A DNA stretch of 64,000 bases from a phage: the sequence record PZ445446.1; one strand, 5' to 3'. The notes beneath the pieces were generated by a model. It made no database searches. It had not been told where the DNA came from and was given only the letters and a program-made list of their open reading frames with translations. Position numbers and translations under genes: made by a program. The number at the start of each line of letters is the position of its first letter. Within the stretch, counting starts at the first letter, position 1. Below, piece after piece: positions 36,216 to 46,010 of this stretch.

Positions 36216-36499
36216 TTTCTAGTCCCCTTCTTAGATTTTTGTGTAGAAACGCTTTCTGCAATACGAGACAAACGTTCTTCTGAAGCCTTGCCTATTCCAG
36301 GTTTTTTGAGTGGGTTATCTTTATGACCACAATCCAATTGGATATTGGATACCTCTCCAACCTTGTAAGTCAATTCTAGCAAAAGGTTGTCGTCCTTGTC
36401 AAATGTTCTTACGATAAATTTTTTATCGTTCTCCTGAACTTCGTATCGGGTACCCGCAGTATACAGCATGGTGCCATCCGCATAGGATATCCAGATCAT
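36212..36499 (-). CDS. hypothetical protein
   Basis: ORF track 95 aa; ATGA overlap. Confidence 0.5.
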   Translation of the reverse strand: MIWISYADGTMLYTAGTRYEVQENDKKFIVRTFDKDDNLLLELTYKVGEVSNIQLDCGHKDNPLKKPGIGKASEERLSRIAESVSTQKSKKGTRK

Positions 36500-36843
36500 T
36501 GAACCTCCTTCTGCTGCAACAGCATTAACTCTTTGTTGGAGATTTTTACTGCTGTTTTTATTGTTCCATCTTCACGAAACCACGACCAGAACTCTACAGT
36601 GTCCCCACTGTCAAGCAAAGCATACCCGTGGTAGAAGTCTTTGTCCTTAGACAGTTTCTCATCTATGTCTGCATCGACACATTCGTGATCCATAGCATTT
36701 TGCCTGAATGCATCGGTTATACCAATGCACGCCTTGCTCTCAAGACTGGTATATCCGATATCTTTTAATTCAGTTTCCCAAGTCCAGTACCCTATAAAAG
36801 CTAAAACAGCTACCCACATTAATAACGTTTTAATCTTTGGCAT
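36496..36843 (-). CDS. hypothetical secreted/membrane protein
   Basis: ORF track 115 aa; N-terminal hydrophobic LLMWVAVLAFIGYW. Confidence 0.5.
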   Translation of the reverse strand: MPKIKTLLMWVAVLAFIGYWTWETELKDIGYTSLESKACIGITDAFRQNAMDHECVDADIDEKLSKDKDFYHGYALLDSGDTVEFWSWFREDGTIKTAVKISNKELMLLQQKEVQ

Positions 36844-36905
36844 TCTCTCTACCTCTTTCTTAGTTTATTTCACTATGGCACATCCTTTGTGCCATATCTC
36901 AACCA

Positions 36906-37367
36906 CTACTTAAATAGTAGTCCAAAATAGTGCAAAATTAACAGAAGTTGAACTACACCTAGTGCAACGGCGAGTATGTTAATCTTAGAATCGAAAAACT
37001 TCTTAACTTTTACTCTAAAAGGTTCCTTAATGTCCTTTACGATCCTATTTATAGATGATTTCATATCCCTGATTACCATCCTAAACATTAGAGACGGATC
37101 TTCCTTCTCTGTAATAGAATCGAAAACATACTCTCTTCGGTCATAAGGACCTCCAGATCTGCGTATTAACCTCTCCACAGAGACCTCGTACGACACACCT
37201 GTAACGTAATCATCTATGATAAGTAGTGACGGGTCTTTATCGTCCAAGGGTATTAAAGTTATCTTTCCAGATTTTGTTAAAATTTCTCCTTTTTCAAGCA
37301 AGGTGTACCAATGCTCTCTACCAAGATTGTTGAGGCACGTTTTTACATATTTAACAAACATCGTCAC
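36906..37367 (-). CDS. hypothetical protein with C-terminal TM anchor
   Basis: ORF track 153 aa; C-terminal ILAVALGVVQLLLILHYFGLLF. Confidence 0.5.
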   Translation of the reverse strand: MTMFVKYVKTCLNNLGREHWYTLLEKGEILTKSGKITLIPLDDKDPSLLIIDDYVTGVSYEVSVERLIRRSGGPYDRREYVFDSITEKEDPSLMFRMVIRDMKSSINRIVKDIKEPFRVKVKKFFDSKINILAVALGVVQLLLILHYFGLLFK

Positions 37368-37567
37368 CCCTCATCGCACGTCTGATATAACCACTCTATG
37401 AAATCTTGATACCATTCGCCCTCTGAGCGCTCCGTAGGCCAATAATCTTCACCCTCTCGTGCATTAAAATCTGAGTATTCAACTTTCCACTCCTTTACCA
37501 GCTCGTGGAGAAGGTTTTCAGCCTGCTCTAAAGATTTATTTTTTGCCATTGCTGTCTCCTTTTTCAA
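37364..37567 (-). CDS. small hypothetical protein
   Basis: ORF track 67 aa; ATGA overlap. Confidence 0.45.
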   Translation of the reverse strand: MKKETAMAKNKSLEQAENLLHELVKEWKVEYSDFNAREGEDYWPTERSEGEWYQDFIEWLYQTCDEG

Positions 37568-37768
37568 GATAGTTATACATCAGAACTGCACCACCTAAGA
37601 TGGCTACCAGTAACAATATCCCAGATAGCATCTCAATAAACATGGCTTGAAACACTGGAAGGTCTCCCTAAATTAACGCACCATTTTAAATACATGCTCT
37701 TTTCCCATAAAGGTGCCTGGCTAAGATCTGCGTAGAACGCAATCTCTTTAAGAACAGTATAGATAGTT

Positions 37769-37996
37769 TTAGGTGCGGTCTCCATCCCTACTCTCCTTCC
37801 TGATATTCTTGTAGTAATCAACTAGGCACATTATTACGATGAAGATAACAACAGGCCAAAAAGGTGCAGCAGTGATGATGGTGATAAAATCATCAAACTT
37901 CACCCTTCGTCTGGACACGATGCATACACCTGTCAAGAATACCGCTGTTATAACGGACATTACCAGGTAACCTATTAGCACAACATTTATACTCAT
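37769..37996 (-). CDS. small membrane protein (two TM segments)
   Basis: ORF track 75 aa; two hydrophobic stretches. Confidence 0.5.
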   Translation of the reverse strand: MSINVVLIGYLVMSVITAVFLTGVCIVSRRRVKFDDFITIITAAPFWPVVIFIVIMCLVDYYKNIRKESRDGDRT

Positions 37997-38026
37997 TGGT
38001 CCTCCCTTTGTAGGTTAAATTGTATA

Positions 38027-38560
38027 CTACAAATGGTCGCTGAGGGTGTCAAGAAAATTATCCCGTTCTTTCTCAGAGTTTTCATGTGTGTAGCTGAAAA
38101 ACATATCGAGAATAACCTTATTGATATATTCCAGCTCCTCTGTGTTCAGATGCTTAGCAGGATCTACAATGACATCCCAAATATCATACAGACCACACTC
38201 ATGATACCCATAACGCCACTCAATTGTCAAGCTGAGCGGCAAATCTTTACCTTCACAAACAACCTTCCATCTACATATGTTGGTATCTGGTCGTACCTGT
38301 GCACGGTAAACCTGCACAAAATCCAATTTGAATTTGAGGTACTCGTCATACAATTTAAGCACAAAGCTCTCGATTTGTGGAGACACTTTTGCAGCAAACT
38401 GTGCGTATTTGTACTTGCACTGGATGATCTTTCTACGTTTTGCAGTTAAATTTTTTGCCGCCAGTTGTTCTTCAGTGTATCTCCACCTACGATCAACAAA
38501 CGCAACAGGGTCTTTGTCCCCATAGAGGTCTTCCCAGTTAATCAGAAGCATACCTGTCAC
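38027..38560 (-). CDS. hypothetical protein
   Basis: ORF track 177 aa. Confidence 0.55.
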   Translation of the reverse strand: MTGMLLINWEDLYGDKDPVAFVDRRWRYTEEQLAAKNLTAKRRKIIQCKYKYAQFAAKVSPQIESFVLKLYDEYLKFKLDFVQVYRAQVRPDTNICRWKVVCEGKDLPLSLTIEWRYGYHECGLYDIWDVIVDPAKHLNTEELEYINKVILDMFFSYTHENSEKERDNFLDTLSDHL

Positions 38561-38790
38561 TCCTCCACAACTTCAAGGCCTTTACCGCCTCGCTCTGGCA
38601 GATTACTTAAAGATAGGTAATACATATAATCAGGAGAGATCCTGCCAGACTCTGCACCTGCAGCTAGTAAATCCTTCCCTTTAACCAGGACAACATTCTC
38701 GTTTGCAGATAGCCGTTTTGCTTCCACAATTTTACCAACACAGTCAACCAAGGAAGGGTACCCTAAATCTGTAAGAAATTTAACTTTCAT
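38557..38790 (-). CDS. small protein, MKVKxLD paralog family
   Basis: ORF track 77 aa; MKVKFLTD...GKIV...DLLAAGA. Confidence 0.55.
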   Translation of the reverse strand: MKVKFLTDLGYPSLVDCVGKIVEAKRLSANENVVLVKGKDLLAAGAESGRISPDYMYYLSLSNLPERGGKGLEVVEE

Positions 38791-38827
38791 GCTACCTCCT
38801 ACCTACCGTCCCTGGTAAGATAAATTA

Positions 38828-39226
38828 TTACTGAACAGAGCGCGGTGCTGGGAAGGATAACTCTTCTAAAGAGAAGATTTCATTTCCTACCACCCAAGTT
38901 GCTGGGTCATCTGGATCAACAGGTTGGATAATCATTACCTCATCCGCCTCGCACACACGTTTCCCACCCATAGTAGCGTCAGCCACTAACATACGCGGCT
39001 CTTCAGAAATGCACAGGTAGCCACCTCGGCCCACTGTTCCTTCCACGGGATCCTGCCCTTTGACCACAATGAATACCTTCTCTCCTGTGGCGATATTACT
39101 TTTCACACTAACAGTTTGACCAACTTTAGATGTACCGATCTTGGTGGCTTCAAACATTAAATCCCGAATTACTGTTGCATAGTTGCCGGACACTTTCTTA
39201 CCTTCTTTAGTAATCTCAATCTTCAT
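38828..39226 (-). CDS. hypothetical protein
   Basis: ORF track 132 aa; starts MKIEIT. Confidence 0.5.
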   Translation of the reverse strand: MKIEITKEGKKVSGNYATVIRDLMFEATKIGTSKVGQTVSVKSNIATGEKVFIVVKGQDPVEGTVGRGGYLCISEEPRMLVADATMGGKRVCEADEVMIIQPVDPDDPATWVVGNEIFSLEELSFPAPRSVQ

Positions 39227-39495
39227 AATCTAGGCTCCTTAAATGAATCTATGTAATCAATTAAATCCCAAGCATCCCTATGACCTGTCAGAGGGTATAC
39301 TTCTCCAAGAGGGATCATAGCAATAAGTCTATCAAAAACCCAATCTGGACGCAACATTTTATGGTGATACTCCCACTCACCTTCTACAGACTTTTTCTGA
39401 GTGATCAGGATCTCTGTGTAGTGTTTCGCCTGTCTTGAGTAGATTGAGAATGACTTGTACATAAATGGCCCCCTCTTGTTGAAAACAAAATACAC
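39223..39495 (-). CDS. hypothetical protein
   Basis: ORF track 90 aa. Confidence 0.5.
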   Translation of the reverse strand: MYFVFNKRGPFMYKSFSIYSRQAKHYTEILITQKKSVEGEWEYHHKMLRPDWVFDRLIAMIPLGEVYPLTGHRDAWDLIDYIDSFKEPRL

Positions 39496-39497
39496 TA

Positions 39498-39782
39498 CTA
39501 CCAGGTCACTGTCAAGTAGGCAACTGTGTTATTTTTCTCCGGAGAGATGCCAACAACATCCACCTGCAGACCTCCTGCCCTCAAATCCCCAACAATGTGT
39601 GGGAAGTAGTCTGAGAGGTGTGATGGGAGATTTATCGAAAATCCACATCCCAGAAAGCCTGCTAACGCTTTATTTTGTATCTCCCCAACAATCGCATCAT
39701 AAATAGAGTTAAGCTCGTCAGGAAGCGTTACAGGACGTTTTAGCGCTAACTGGTGCAACTTGTCCTTAGCACTCATTTTCAT
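39498..39782 (-). CDS. hypothetical protein
   Basis: Track ORF 39498..39851 trimmed to internal ATG that forms ATGA overlap with upstream stop. Confidence 0.4.
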   Translation of the reverse strand: MKMSAKDKLHQLALKRPVTLPDELNSIYDAIVGEIQNKALAGFLGCGFSINLPSHLSDYFPHIVGDLRAGGLQVDVVGISPEKNNTVAYLTVTW

Positions 39783-40312
39783 TTCAAGTCTGCCTCTGGT
39801 GGTGCCAACCACATAAATGGCGGCAAGTCTAGACGGTTTTTCTTGTCCCATACAAAATATGCATATGCCTGCCCATCCGTTCTACCATTAGATTGGAATG
39901 ACGGACGCTTAGATATTGTGATCACAGTGGTAGGTGCATTATCAAGCCACCATTCAAATCTGGCCTTGCTTTCCAGAAAATTAAGACGCAAAAGCATAAT
40001 AACTACGTCGGCATCTTTCAACGCCTTGTCCACAAACTCACGAGCCAGGCTGTACGGCGGGTTGGTGATAATACAGTCAACATGGTTGTATTCTGTATTC
40101 AGATAGTCAACACCTTCTTGGATTTCTCCCCATGCAGATCCTAACGGCATACGGGAGTAGAACACACCTGAGGCACTATTCCTGCAAGGCTCTAAGTAGG
40201 TCCAGTCTTCTGGGAACGGAATAAGGTCATACAGCCCTTCTGCACACCACTCCGGTGTCACATACTCATCGTAGGCGTTACGTTGTTCATCAGGTTTTCT
40301 AGCACAAGTCAT
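39779..40312 (-). CDS. putative small N6-adenine/N4-cytosine-type methyltransferase
   Basis: DCIITNPPY motif IV-like (NPPY); 177 aa. Confidence 0.45.
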   Translation of the reverse strand: MTCARKPDEQRNAYDEYVTPEWCAEGLYDLIPFPEDWTYLEPCRNSASGVFYSRMPLGSAWGEIQEGVDYLNTEYNHVDCIITNPPYSLAREFVDKALKDADVVIMLLRLNFLESKARFEWWLDNAPTTVITISKRPSFQSNGRTDGQAYAYFVWDKKNRLDLPPFMWLAPPEADLK

Positions 40313-40363
40313 GCAAATCTCCAGATCATAAAAGCCCTCCGAAGAGGGCTTTAGAATTAATGT

Positions 40364-41413
40364 TTAAGCTTCTTCGACAATTCCTGCACCCAGGATTTTT
40401 TCATTGAGCTCTTTTGCTGTTTTAATAATATTGTCCACAAGACGCTTGCGAGTCTTATCTTTCACCTTAACCTCTTCACCGCCGTTCAGAGTAGTCTTCA
40501 ATTGAGACAGAATATCCTGAAGTTCAACGACAGAGAATCTCTGCAGATCTTCTGAAGTAATCTCACCCAGGGCAATTCGGACGGTCTCGCCACTTTCCAT
40601 CTGCAGATTCAGGAACACAGTGTGAACATCACCTTTCGAACCACCCGCTTTTGCAGATTCAACAGCATGAACTAACTCATCTAAAGATGTGCACTGATGA
40701 ATCTCCGGAAGACCTGCTTCACCTAACACGCCTTCTTCATCACCTTTTGCCAGAAGCTTTTTCGGTTTTTGTCCGTTCTGGATGCGTTGTATGTTGCCTT
40801 CATCCAGAATAATAGCTCCAGTGCGTGCTGCCAACTCTTCTCCGTCCAACCACACTTCGCCACCAGCTGTGATGGATGCGATCTCATCTTCTGTCAGCAC
40901 CCCACCGTAGTATTTTTCGATCAGGTGTTCAAAACGTTTTTTCCAGTAGCTGACCTGAGTATTCATGTTAACACCGTTACCATAAGTGCCACCTTGATAG
41001 TAGTGGAACATAAATTCTGTGTCCGGAGCCACAGTACGTTCTTTGCAACCAAGCCATAAGATTGTTCCAGCAGAGCAGCACATCCCTTCAGCATGTGCAA
41101 CAACGCTTGCCTGAGACTCGCGGAATGCCTGCAGATAGGCCATTGCAATGTGCACGCAACCACCAGGGCTATTGATGATCACACGAATGCTTTCTTCCGG
41201 CTGAGCCATACGGATCGTCTGCAGACGAGACATATGATCCTGCAGGTCCTCCAAATCGTCGATATAAAGAACGTGGTCAACAACAGGTGTTGGGTAGCTG
41301 TATGTTTCCATGATACCGCCCGGCATACCAAACATTTTATTACTCATAGGTTCGAAACCGTTCTGTTTTTCTTTCATGCCGTGTACCATGGTGCTGCGAG
41401 GTGTTAAATTCAT
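40364..41413 (-). CDS. ClpP-like (S14 family) serine peptidase with C-terminal extension
   Basis: INSPGGCV, GMCCSAGT (Ser site-like) and FMFHYYQGG (His site-like) in ClpP-like order and spacing; 349 aa. Confidence 0.55.
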   Translation of the reverse strand: MNLTPRSTMVHGMKEKQNGFEPMSNKMFGMPGGIMETYSYPTPVVDHVLYIDDLEDLQDHMSRLQTIRMAQPEESIRVIINSPGGCVHIAMAYLQAFRESQASVVAHAEGMCCSAGTILWLGCKERTVAPDTEFMFHYYQGGTYGNGVNMNTQVSYWKKRFEHLIEKYYGGVLTEDEIASITAGGEVWLDGEELAARTGAIILDEGNIQRIQNGQKPKKLLAKGDEEGVLGEAGLPEIHQCTSLDELVHAVESAKAGGSKGDVHTVFLNLQMESGETVRIALGEITSEDLQRFSVVELQDILSQLKTTLNGGEEVKVKDKTRKRLVDNIIKTAKELNEKILGAGIVEEA

Positions 41414-41473
41414 GAGAAATCCTTAATATTGGAAGTTGAAAGCTATTTATTTAAACCTGATTCACATTTACCT

Positions 41474-41785
41474 TTATTTAGCAATCACTATGGAGTACTT
41501 ACGATTGTCAGAAGCATCACAACTCAATGATTGCCAATCTACCACATACCACGTATCATTGTCAACAATTACTTTATCGCCTGTTCTGTAGCAAGTGCTG
41601 CTTTCAATAATTCGAGACTCGATAAAGAATCTGTGTCGGCGCTCACGTAGCAACGCTAAGTTGATTATATTACCACCGCTGTCCTTGATCCACACATTCT
41701 TGGATCCCTTATTTGCCAAAATTGTCTCGCCGTTATAGACAAACAGGCAGTATATTTTATTCAGTTTCTCTTGTATTGTAGCCAT
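41474..41785 (-). CDS. hypothetical protein
   Basis: ORF track 103 aa. Confidence 0.5.
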   Translation of the reverse strand: MATIQEKLNKIYCLFVYNGETILANKGSKNVWIKDSGGNIINLALLRERRHRFFIESRIIESSTCYRTGDKVIVDNDTWYVVDWQSLSCDASDNRKYSIVIAK

Positions 41786-41886
41786 ACTGTCCTTCTCTCT
41801 GTTTTGTCCGATAATAATATCTAAAGCTTACCTATTTGTCAACAACTGTTTTAGATATTTAAGGGTGGAATAACCACCCTTCTGTA

Positions 41887-42675
41887 TTACTCGGAAACAG
41901 GGGTCCAAATATGATTTGCACGATCCTCAATAAGATTGAGTGCGATCTGACGACCCAACCCAGAACGAACGACATCGTCTGGACTATCAAAGCTGATCAT
42001 TCCAACCTCAGGATCTGGATGACGAGTAAAGAAATCCGTCACCCATGCAAGGCCAGATTTACCAGGGATGTCACGTTGGCTATTATCACCCATAATTACA
42101 AGGGTGGCTTGATCAGAGATCCTTGTGATAATTGACAACATTTCTTCAGGGTTAGTTTGCTGTGCCTCGTCAATCAGGACAAAGCATCGCTCATCGAAAC
42201 TACGACCACGAATGCTTTCAACTTCACAAATCTCGATACGGCTGTTCTGACCGTCTCCCAGCATTGCGGCAAAAGCACCTTTGCCAACACGACGACAAAT
42301 CGTGTCCATCATGCTTCGAAGATAGGGCCACAGTTTCTGCATTGCATTTCCAGGTTTAAATCCTGAAGTCTTTCCTGTCTGAACGTAAGGACGTGCAACA
42401 ATAATCTTATCAATCTCGTTCTTACGCAGAAGATCACCTGCATATGCAGATGCCATGAATGTCTTACCGGATCCAAACACACCGTTTACAATAATAATCT
42501 TACGTGACCCTAGATAATCAAGATACTTTTGCTGCTTCTTATTCATTGGTCGGAGAGCTGGAGCGGTGTGCTCTCTTTCGTCAGCAAATTTCTCAGCAGC
42601 CTTACGCAGGCGATCAGATTTGCGAGCCTCTCTAGCTTCATCACGCATGCGTTTTGTTTCTTTAGCTCGACCCAT
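41887..42675 (-). CDS. phoH: PhoH-like ATPase
   Basis: Walker A GVFGSGKTF; Walker B-like VLIDEAQ; size and motif spacing typical of phage PhoH. Confidence 0.7.
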   Translation of the reverse strand: MGRAKETKRMRDEAREARKSDRLRKAAEKFADEREHTAPALRPMNKKQQKYLDYLGSRKIIIVNGVFGSGKTFMASAYAGDLLRKNEIDKIIVARPYVQTGKTSGFKPGNAMQKLWPYLRSMMDTICRRVGKGAFAAMLGDGQNSRIEICEVESIRGRSFDERCFVLIDEAQQTNPEEMLSIITRISDQATLVIMGDNSQRDIPGKSGLAWVTDFFTRHPDPEVGMISFDSPDDVVRSGLGRQIALNLIEDRANHIWTPVSE

Positions 42676-42713
42676 GTTGGGACTCCTTTCAGATTGAGAT
42701 GTGCCAAGTACTT

Positions 42714-43064
42714 TTACTGCAACAGTTTTTCAATAGCCGCTTCCATGCTGCTTGCAACAGCCTGAACTCGGATATTCATCTCTTCTTGGTGGATCAGCTC
42801 CTTAAGCTCTTTAATGGTAAATTCTTTAGAGAAACCTTCCACCATAATCTTGTGCAAGGCTTCTTGCGTGTCTACTTGCAAGAACTTTTCCAGTTTGTTG
42901 GCAGAGGCTTCTAAATCAGCCCGAATACGAGGGTCATCTGTGCGATTCAGCATTAGGCGTAAGCCATCAAGATTAGTAGAAATAGCATCTGCATGTTGAG
43001 TAACTAACCGTGGCAAAATGAGATCTACAAACTTATTAGCCAAATCGATACGTTCTTGTGTCAC
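42714..43064 (-). CDS. hypothetical protein
   Basis: ORF track 116 aa; apparent GTG start overlapping upstream stop. Confidence 0.45.
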   Translation of the reverse strand: MTQERIDLANKFVDLILPRLVTQHADAISTNLDGLRLMLNRTDDPRIRADLEASANKLEKFLQVDTQEALHKIMVEGFSKEFTIKELKELIHQEEMNIRVQAVASSMEAAIEKLLQ

Positions 43065-43174
43065 TGTTGCACCCCCTCTTCATCTTCATGATGTTTCTTT
43101 TCACGCTTGTGTTTTTTCTTAAGCTCAAGCGCAATCTCTTTCTTGTACGCCTTCTTCAAGGCTTTTTTAGCCAT
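43061..43174 (-). CDS. small lysine-rich protein (37 aa)
   Basis: GAGGAGGT RBS; MAKKALKKAYKKEIALELKKKHKREKK...; stop overlaps next start; read by eye. Confidence 0.35.
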   Translation of the reverse strand: MAKKALKKAYKKEIALELKKKHKREKKHHEDEEGVQQ

Positions 43175-43236
43175 TTGGCACCTCCTCTGCTTTCATTACG
43201 GCAATTATAACCAACTCAACAAAGCTTTGTCAACAA

Positions 43237-43710
43237 CTAGTCTACCTGAACCCAACCGCCTGATACTTTTTTAAACATTCTTTGGTTATCACTGCCTCGG
43301 AACGGTTTCTTGGTTGGTAAATCTTTTACATACTTACCGTCAATGATGATATCAGCCAGTTTAAGAACATCACTAGAGATATGGTCAAATGTGAACCCAG
43401 TATATACAAGAATAGTTTTCTTGTCACCAAATTTTTCCTTAATTTTCTCCATCAGGCTAATAATATCTGGCTCATTATAGTATGCTAAGGGTTCTCCACC
43501 CAGTAGAGAGATACCGCACACAGACGGGTTATCTAAATCTGACAAGATTTTTTGCAAGTCTTCTTCAGTGAACTTCCTCCCCTTATCTTTTGACCAAAAT
43601 GCCTGATTAAAGCAACCAGGGCAAGCGTGTGGGCACCCAGATACCCACAAGGCAGTTCTAATACCTGGTCCTTCGGTGTAAGATATTTCTGTGTATCCAG
43701 CAATGTTCAT
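43237..43710 (-). CDS. nrdG: anaerobic ribonucleotide reductase activating protein (radical SAM)
   Basis: CPHACPGC (CxxxCxxC) cluster near N-terminus; immediately downstream of nrdD. Confidence 0.75.
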   Translation of the reverse strand: MNIAGYTEISYTEGPGIRTALWVSGCPHACPGCFNQAFWSKDKGRKFTEEDLQKILSDLDNPSVCGISLLGGEPLAYYNEPDIISLMEKIKEKFGDKKTILVYTGFTFDHISSDVLKLADIIIDGKYVKDLPTKKPFRGSDNQRMFKKVSGGWVQVD

Positions 43711-43823
43711 AGATACTCCGCATCACATTTAGGGCAATGCCAAATAAAATCGTCTAGTGCCTTGCACCAACGAAGATTACAACTACAGCCGCACTTGCAA
43801 ATTTTATAAATACCTGATGACAT
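43707..43823 (-). CDS. small Cys-rich zinc-ribbon-like protein (38 aa)
   Basis: AGGAGGT RBS 5 nt before ATG; CKCGCSC...WC...CPKC; ATGA overlap with nrdG start; read by eye. Confidence 0.45.
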   Translation of the reverse strand: MSSGIYKICKCGCSCNLRWCKALDDFIWHCPKCDAEYL

Positions 43824-43886
43824 ACTGCACCTCCTAGCTCACTGTGTGTCAATAATATGCCACATCCTTGTGGCTTTTGTCAAGAA

Positions 43887-46010
43887 TCAGCAACCACAAC
43901 TTCCGTAGTGCTTAACTCGCTCGATAACTTCCGCTTGCTTACCTTTATTGTAAGGACGGGAGTTAGGACTGGAAAGGTATCCAGACACACGTCGAATTAC
44001 ACTGATCGTTCCCTCTTCATGGTTTCCACACTCTGGGCATACAAAGCCTTTAGCTGTTGCACTGAACTCACCAGAGAAACCACACTTGAGACATTTATCC
44101 ACAGGCTGGTTAATACCAAAATACATAATGTGTTTATACCCGAAGTCAACAAGAGCCTCTAAAGCATCCAGGTTGTTTTTCAGGTTAGGTGTTTCTACGT
44201 ATCCGATGTTGCCACCAGAGGAGATCATAGCAAAACCTTCCTCATACTCCCACTTATCAAAAGGAGAGCTATTTATCCATACTGGCTGATGGAAACTGTT
44301 GGTGAGATATTCATGCTCGTGCTTCAACACTTCCGGATATTCACGATCCAGACAGGTTGCAGCTTTATAGCATAGACTCTCAGAAGGAGTGCCGTACAAG
44401 CTAAATGCTAGTCTACTTTCCTTCTTGTATCGCTCACAAGCATCTCTCATGTGCTGAAGGATTCCAAGAGCTAAAGCCTTGTCACCCTCTCTGCCCAAAA
44501 TCTGACAGGTTTCATACACACCGATATACCCAATACTGATGGAAGCGTACCCGTCATAGAAGAGTTTATCAATACTCTCTTCAGGATCCAGGCGAGCAAG
44601 AGCGCCTTCACACCACATGATGGGGTTCTGCCCTGCCTTTGTTCCTTTTAGACGATTAACCCTTACAAGGTGAGCCTCGTATGCAAGATCCAAGTATTCG
44701 TCAAGAACTGCAAAGAAATCAACACCTTCCGTCTTGGCTTTTGCCGCAATCATTGGCAGGTTAAGGCTAACAACGCCTAAGTTAAATCTGCCAAGGTATT
44801 TCTCCTCGCCTGTTTCCAAGTCATTGTATTTGCTAAGAAAACTCCTGCAACCCATGCTAGTTACTTTGCCATCTGTCGAGCCTGTCACTTTTCTATTTAG
44901 TGGTACAGATACGAAGTCAGGATAGATACGTTCTGCACAGCATTCCAGAGCTAATCGTTTCAAATCATAGTTAGGATCCCCAGGGTTCATGTTGACACCC
45001 TCTTCCAGGAAGAACAGCACTTTAGGGAACACAGGTGTGATACGTTCTTCACCAAGACCCATTTTGTGGACTTTCAGGTAGTTTTTGGTAATCATTCTAC
45101 CAAAGACCGAGGTATCCAGTCCTAAACTCAATGTGATGAATGGAGTTTGCCCGTTGACAGAAGTTAACGTGTTGATTTGATAGAGCAAAGTCTGCATGCT
45201 GTCAAATACGTCTTTATCTGTCATTTGCATTGCAACAGTTTCAGCATCCGGCAACCAATGTTCCTGGCAAAATTTAAGGTTCTTCTCATAGGTTGCTTCA
45301 GCATACTGTGCCAGATAATGATCAATATGGCTCATAGTCTGACCACCATATTGAGCACTAGCTACCGCACTAGAGATTTGGCTAAGGATTGTTGTTGCAA
45401 CCCCTATTGACTTCGGCTTGCTGACATGGGCGTTACCAATGTTGAATCCGTTTTCCAACATATCTGGATAATTTACCAAACAACAGTTTGTTAACGGACT
45501 GATCAAGTAGTCAAGATCATGCACATGGATGAATCCTTTATTGTGCTCTTCGGAGACACGGTCTGGCAGGATCTGTGTTGATGCAAGGTGTTTGCTAAGA
45601 ATACCTGCAAGCAGGTCGCGATGAGTGTGTACATGATTAGTAGGCTTATTTGCGTTTTCTTTTGTAAATTCATCACAAGTTCGATCCAAGAAGCCACTAA
45701 TATCTGCAAGCAGTTTTCCACCTGCCTCTCTGTTATTATCTCTTGTCTGTCTATACTGGATGTATTCTCTGGCTGCACATTTTAAACCCATATCCATAAG
45801 AGCATCTTCAACAAGGATATGGATATTTTTTACAGAGATCGTGCACTGGTCGGTTGGTAGATTGTTAGCAACAACTTCATTAACCGCGCAGGCGATCCGG
45901 TAAGCTTCTTCTTCAGTATGTCCAGACTCAAGTAAGGCGGACTCTGCCGCCTTGATCACCTTAATTCCGTTATAGAACTCTTCTCTACCGTCCCGTTTTA
46001 CAACTTTCAC
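43887..46010 (-). CDS. nrdD: anaerobic ribonucleoside-triphosphate reductase
   Basis: N-terminal ATP-cone-like; C-terminal CLKCG...CPECG zinc site and glycyl radical-like RVSGY; 707 aa. Confidence 0.8.
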   Translation of the reverse strand: MKVVKRDGREEFYNGIKVIKAAESALLESGHTEEEAYRIACAVNEVVANNLPTDQCTISVKNIHILVEDALMDMGLKCAAREYIQYRQTRDNNREAGGKLLADISGFLDRTCDEFTKENANKPTNHVHTHRDLLAGILSKHLASTQILPDRVSEEHNKGFIHVHDLDYLISPLTNCCLVNYPDMLENGFNIGNAHVSKPKSIGVATTILSQISSAVASAQYGGQTMSHIDHYLAQYAEATYEKNLKFCQEHWLPDAETVAMQMTDKDVFDSMQTLLYQINTLTSVNGQTPFITLSLGLDTSVFGRMITKNYLKVHKMGLGEERITPVFPKVLFFLEEGVNMNPGDPNYDLKRLALECCAERIYPDFVSVPLNRKVTGSTDGKVTSMGCRSFLSKYNDLETGEEKYLGRFNLGVVSLNLPMIAAKAKTEGVDFFAVLDEYLDLAYEAHLVRVNRLKGTKAGQNPIMWCEGALARLDPEESIDKLFYDGYASISIGYIGVYETCQILGREGDKALALGILQHMRDACERYKKESRLAFSLYGTPSESLCYKAATCLDREYPEVLKHEHEYLTNSFHQPVWINSSPFDKWEYEEGFAMISSGGNIGYVETPNLKNNLDALEALVDFGYKHIMYFGINQPVDKCLKCGFSGEFSATAKGFVCPECGNHEEGTISVIRRVSGYLSSPNSRPYNKGKQAEVIERVKHYGSCGC

